Source: an uncultured delta proteobacterium (lineage in GTDB: Bacteria; Myxococcota_A; Polyangia; Polyangiales; B10-G4). Taken from it: a DNA stretch of 64,000 bases. Both the position numbers and the translations under genes were made by a program. This document shows, piece after piece, positions 60,277 through 64,000 of the stretch. Under the pieces are notes generated by a model, which was not told where the DNA came from, ran no database searches, and was given only the letters and a program-made list of their open reading frames with translations. Where the stretch lies: assembly GCA_963727445.1 (NCBI GenBank), contig CAVSGI010000008.1, positions 352,001 to 416,000 of the forward strand. The letters run 5' to 3'. Position 1 is the stretch's first letter. Every line of letters begins with the position of its first letter.

Positions 60277-60744
60277 CTACTGCACGTTGAAGACCAGGGT
60301 CGACAGCTCTCGGTCACCGGCGAAAAGGTGAAGACTGTAGATACCTTGGAGCCAGCGGGGACCGCCGCCCTCCATGCGAGCGCCGCCCTGGTTCAGCGCG
60401 TCGGCGCTCACGGCGAACATCCCCTGCGCTTCCCCCGCGCCTCGCGTCTCTTCCACGCGGTGGATCACGGTGCCGGGCTCGAGCGCGGTGGACTCGGCGT
60501 GCACCTCGAAGCGCAGGGAGGGGCCCTCGTCCTCGGGGACGTACCAGTAGAAGAGCGCTTCGTCGGCGTCGCCTATCGCGTCGCGACCGGGCGGCAGGCT
60601 CTGGCGAGTGGTCTCGCTCAAGACGAGCGCACGAGGATACGGTCCCGCGAGCATCGCACCCACGGAGGGCGCTTGCGCCGCATCGTCCCCGCACGCGCAG
60701 AAGGCGAAGAGCGACAGGACGAACCAGAGCCGATCTCGTTTCAC
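60277..60744 (-). CDS. Hypothetical lipoprotein
   Basis: Lipobox FCAC; beta-rich body ending G.YSL.L. Confidence 0.7.
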   Translation of the reverse strand: MKRDRLWFVLSLFAFCACGDDAAQAPSVGAMLAGPYPRALVLSETTRQSLPPGRDAIGDADEALFYWYVPEDEGPSLRFEVHAESTALEPGTVIHRVEETRGAGEAQGMFAVSADALNQGGARMEGGGPRWLQGIYSLHLFAGDRELSTLVFNVQ

Positions 60745-60773
60745 GCGCAGAATGATACCTTCCTCGAAGCTCG

Positions 60774-62085
60774 ATGGCCCTCCTCGGATCCATGACCGGC
60801 CGGACGCTGCCCGGGGGATACGTCCTCGGCGACCTCCTCGGGCGCGGCGGCATGGGCAGCGTCTACGAGGGCACCCACCTCGCTTCGAAGCGGCCCGTGG
60901 CCATCAAGGTGCTGAAGCCGAAGCTCGCCCGCCATCCCACGCACCTGGAACGCTTTCGCCGAGAAGCCGAGATGACCTCCAGCCTCGGCCATCCCAACCT
61001 CGTCGCGGTCGAGTTCTTCGACCACGACAGCAGCGACCTGGCCTTCTACGTGATGGAGCGGTTGCGTGGCGAGCCCCTCTCGCGGGTCATCAACCGCGAA
61101 GGACGGGTCGCGCCCGACCGTGCCGCGGACATCGTCGCGCAGGTGTTGGCCGGCCTCGACGCGGCGCACCGCGCGGGCGTGATCCACCGAGACCTCAAGC
61201 CTTCGAACATCTTTCTGACACCCGGTCCGGACGGGCGCGAGGTGGTGAAGGTGGTCGACTTCGGGCTCGCCAAGCTCCTCACCAGTGACGCCACCAAGCT
61301 GACGGTGACGGGGAGCGTCGTCGGAACGCCGCACTATCTGTCGCCGGAGCAGGCGCTCGGTCAGTCTACCGATCCCCGATCCGACCTCTTCGCGTGCGGC
61401 GTGGTGCTCTACGAGCTCCTCGCGGGCGCGCGCCCTTACGACGGAAAAGGACGTGGCCGATCTGTTGACCAAGATCGCCCGAGCCGACGTCCGCCGGGTG
61501 GACGAGGTCGCGCCCGAGGTGAAGCCACCGCTGGCCGACGTGGTCCATCGCGCGCTCGCCCGAAACCCGAACGAGCGCTTCAAGAGCGCACGCGCCATGC
61601 GCCGGGCGCTCCTCGAAGCCGTCGGCCGCGCCGAAGCGCCTCGGCGGAAGAAGCACAAAGGCATGCCGCTCCTTCCGCTCCTGGTGGTCGCAGGGCTGCT
61701 GGGAGCGGTGGTCGCGGTCTCCGTCGTGGTAGGGCTCACCATCTTCATCGAAAACGAGGAGCCCGCGGCCGCTGACTCCAGCTTCGGGGAGCCGGCCGCC
61801 GTCACTCCAGTCCTCAATCAACCGCCGGCTCCGACGCCGATGGCTCCCGCGGGGGCGACTGCGATCGTGCTGCCTCCGTCCCTCGGCATTCCGGAGTGCG
61901 ACGCCGCGGGTCAGCTCGCTTGTCGCTGCCCTCGGGCGAGCATCCGGCCACAGCTCTGCGCGAGCACTCATCAGGCGTTTCAGCGCTGGCGAGAGCTCCT
62001 GGACGGGAGCGAGCACAACCGTTCCGCCGTCGAGTCGGGGTGCCGCCAATGGAACGCACGGATGAGGGAGCTCTGCCTACTCTGA
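60774..62085 (+). CDS. Membrane Ser/Thr kinase, frameshifted by one extra A in AAAA 61445-61448
   Basis: GRGGMG, HRDLKPSN, DFG, GTPHYLSPE; repair joins PYDGKDVADLL...RALARNPNERF, a TM and a Cys-containing tail (GIPECD). Confidence 0.88.
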
Positions 62086-62100
62086 TATCCTGCGCCCGAG

Positions 62101-64000
62101 ATGTGGCTTCGCCTCGCCGCCGTCCTGACGGCCGCCCTCGGCCTCGCGGCCTGTGGGGATCCGCTCTGCGAGACGGGTGAAGAAGCCAGCTGCGTGCTGC
62201 CCACGCCCTGCCCGCGCCTCTCCGTCGAAGACTGTGGAGGATTCGCGGAGGTGCGCATCATCGGCGCCGACGATCCCGTCCCCACGGGCGACGACGCGCT
62301 GGCGTCGCCGGGTGATTTTCTCCTCCAGAACGATCGCTTCACCCTGGTGGTGGACGGTTTGGGTCACCCCCATTACTTCGCCCCGACCGGAGGCGCGGTG
62401 CTGGACGCGGTTGCCGATGGCACCCCCGGAGACGCGCTGGTCCACGTGGCTCAGAGCGTGGGGCTCGAGCCGGGCAGCGGGTTCGTCTACGACCGCTATC
62501 GCATCCTCGACACCGACCGGGGCGCCGCGCTCCAGGTCCGGGGCACCCTCGCCGCAGACGAGCGCTTCAAGGTGCTGACGCGTTACGAGATCCGCAGCTG
62601 CGAGCCCGGCATCCGGATACGCACCGAGGTCTACAACCGAAGCGACGACGACGCCGTCTGGTCGGTAGGAGACGTCTGGGTGCACGGCGAGCGCGGCCAC
62701 CTGCCGCTCGCGCCTCGCCCGGGCGCCTTCGACCCGCCGACGACCCTCGCGCCGGCGCCGGTAGAGGTGCCCTTCCTGGCCACCATTCCGCCATCGCCGG
62801 GGGGCACCGTCTACGGCTGCGTGCCTTGCGATGCCCCGGCGCTGTCGGGCTTCGTCCGAAGCGACGTCTCGCACCTCGGCAAACCCGAGCGCACCGTGTC
62901 GCCGGGCGACCGCGAGGTATTCGAACGCTTCCTCATCGTGACGCCCGGCGATGACGCAGCGGCGACCGCCGACATCGCCTACGGGTTTCGGCAGCAGCTC
63001 TGGGGCGAAGCGTTCACCACCGTGAGCGGGCGCGTCTCCCCGAGCGGCGACGAGACGCGAAGCACCGTCGTGGTGGAAGCGCTCGGCGAGGGACGCATGG
63101 AATCGCCGACGCCCGTGACTCAGGCGGCCGTCACCTCGGACGGCACCTTCGAGGCGCGCGTCCCCGCCTCCGGCGCGCTCGACGCGGTGGCGCTCGCCTT
63201 CGGCCGCGAGGTGGATCGCGTGACGGTGCCCGACGCCGGTGAGGAGCGGGACGTCGGAACGCTGAGCGGCGGCGACGCGGGGACGCTCTCCGTCACCACC
63301 GACCTCGACGGCGTCCCGGCGGATGCGCTGGTGGTGCTCCTGCCCCGCGACGCGACCACCGAGGCGAACGTGCGCGCGAGGCGCTTCGGCGCGGGGCCGA
63401 GCTGCGCGCCGCTCCTCGGACCGCCCGGCGCGGGACCCGTCGCTTGCCACCGCTTCATCACCACGCCCTCGGCGACGGTGAAGGTCCCTCCCGGCGACTA
63501 CCGCGTCCTGGCCACCCGAGGGCCCTTCGCCACCCTGGCCAAGGCCGACGTCACCATCACGGCCGGCTCGGCGAGCGACGTGAGCCTCTCCATCGCTTCC
63601 CTCGCGCTCCTGCCCGATGGGGCGCTCTCGGTCGATCTGCACGCGCACGGCCCCGCCTCCTTCGACGCCACCGCGGACGTGGCATCGCTGGCCTCCGCCT
63701 TCGGCGCCGTGGGTCTCGACCTGGTCGCGATGACGGATCACGACGTGCTGGCGGACTACCAGGACCTCGGCGGAGATTCGCTGCGGATCGTCACCGGTCT
63801 CGAGACGACGGCCGAGCGCCCCTTCGCGCTGCTGCCCCTCGCGGCGCCGCACACCATCGGCCGCTTCGGCTTCCTGCCGCTGGAGCCCTTCGAATCGGGA
63901 CCGTGGCGAGGCGCGCCTGCCGACGAGGACGTGGAGCCCGGCGTCCTCTTCACGCGCGTCGCGTCCGCCGGCTTCGACGTGGACGCCGGGCTCGTCCAGC
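62101..64000 (+). CDS. Large lipoprotein with PHP-like (CehA/McbA-type) metallohydrolase domain, runs off the window
   Basis: Absent from the ORF track (no stop). MWLRLAAVLTAALGLAAC; GDFLLQNDR; in-frame DLHAH, AMTDHD, GLETT. Confidence 0.85.
   Translation, partial: MWLRLAAVLTAALGLAACGDPLCETGEEASCVLPTPCPRLSVEDCGGFAEVRIIGADDPVPTGDDALASPGDFLLQNDRFTLVVDGLGHPHYFAPTGGAVLDAVADGTPGDALVHVAQSVGLEPGSGFVYDRYRILDTDRGAALQVRGTLAADERFKVLTRYEIRSCEPGIRIRTEVYNRSDDDAVWSVGDVWVHGERGHLPLAPRPGAFDPPTTLAPAPVEVPFLATIPPSPGGTVYGCVPCDAPALSGFVRSDVSHLGKPERTVSPGDREVFERFLIVTPGDDAAATADIAYGFRQQLWGEAFTTVSGRVSPSGDETRSTVVVEALGEGRMESPTPVTQAAVTSDGTFEARVPASGALDAVALAFGREVDRVTVPDAGEERDVGTLSGGDAGTLSVTTDLDGVPADALVVLLPRDATTEANVRARRFGAGPSCAPLLGPPGAGPVACHRFITTPSATVKVPPGDYRVLATRGPFATLAKADVTITAGSASDVSLSIASLALLPDGALSVDLHAHGPASFDATADVASLASAFGAVGLDLVAMTDHDVLADYQDLGGDSLRIVTGLETTAERPFALLPLAAPHTIGRFGFLPLEPFESGPWRGAPADEDVEPGVLFTRVASAGFDVDAGLVQ

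Noticed and set aside
61441..61452. Programmed frameshift in the last kinase
   Set aside because: An extra A in an AAAA run inside the kinase C-lobe; a homopolymer sequencing error or simple mutation explains it.

Overview
High-GC (about 70% by eye), gene-dense bacterial DNA. The gene content points to a myxobacterium (Myxococcota, probably Polyangiales-like; this is inference): three Hanks-type Ser/Thr kinases, many Cys-rich lipoproteins, MYXO-CTERM-like tails, DUF2330, AgmX/PglI-C-like domains and sigma-54 promoters. About 50 CDSs cover lipid/aldehyde metabolism (ALDH, GMC oxidoreductase, two thiolases, a carotenoid-oxygenase-family enzyme, an ACAD pair), c-type cytochrome fusions, peptidoglycan enzymes, NhaA, a His kinase/NtrC pair and an IS630. 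The 42-55.4 kb stretch is a patchwork accessory region with gene fragments. I found no rRNA, tRNA or CRISPR array. Main signals: (1) a small SEC-C zinc-knuckle gene whose CxC...CC motif is completed only by a +1 shift at UUU_CGA, a candidate programmed frameshift; (2) five other genes each broken by one extra base, three of them turning AGATC into AGAATC/AGATTC, suggesting a motif-linked artefact or DNA modification at GATC; (3) an IS630 inserted in the CTAG edge of a 161-bp structured MITE; (4) a hexamer microsatellite next to a 120-nt hairpin; (5) several sigma-54 promoters with TGCAC/GTGCA upstream motifs, some nearly leaderless. All family assignments come from recognising motifs by eye; no searches were run.
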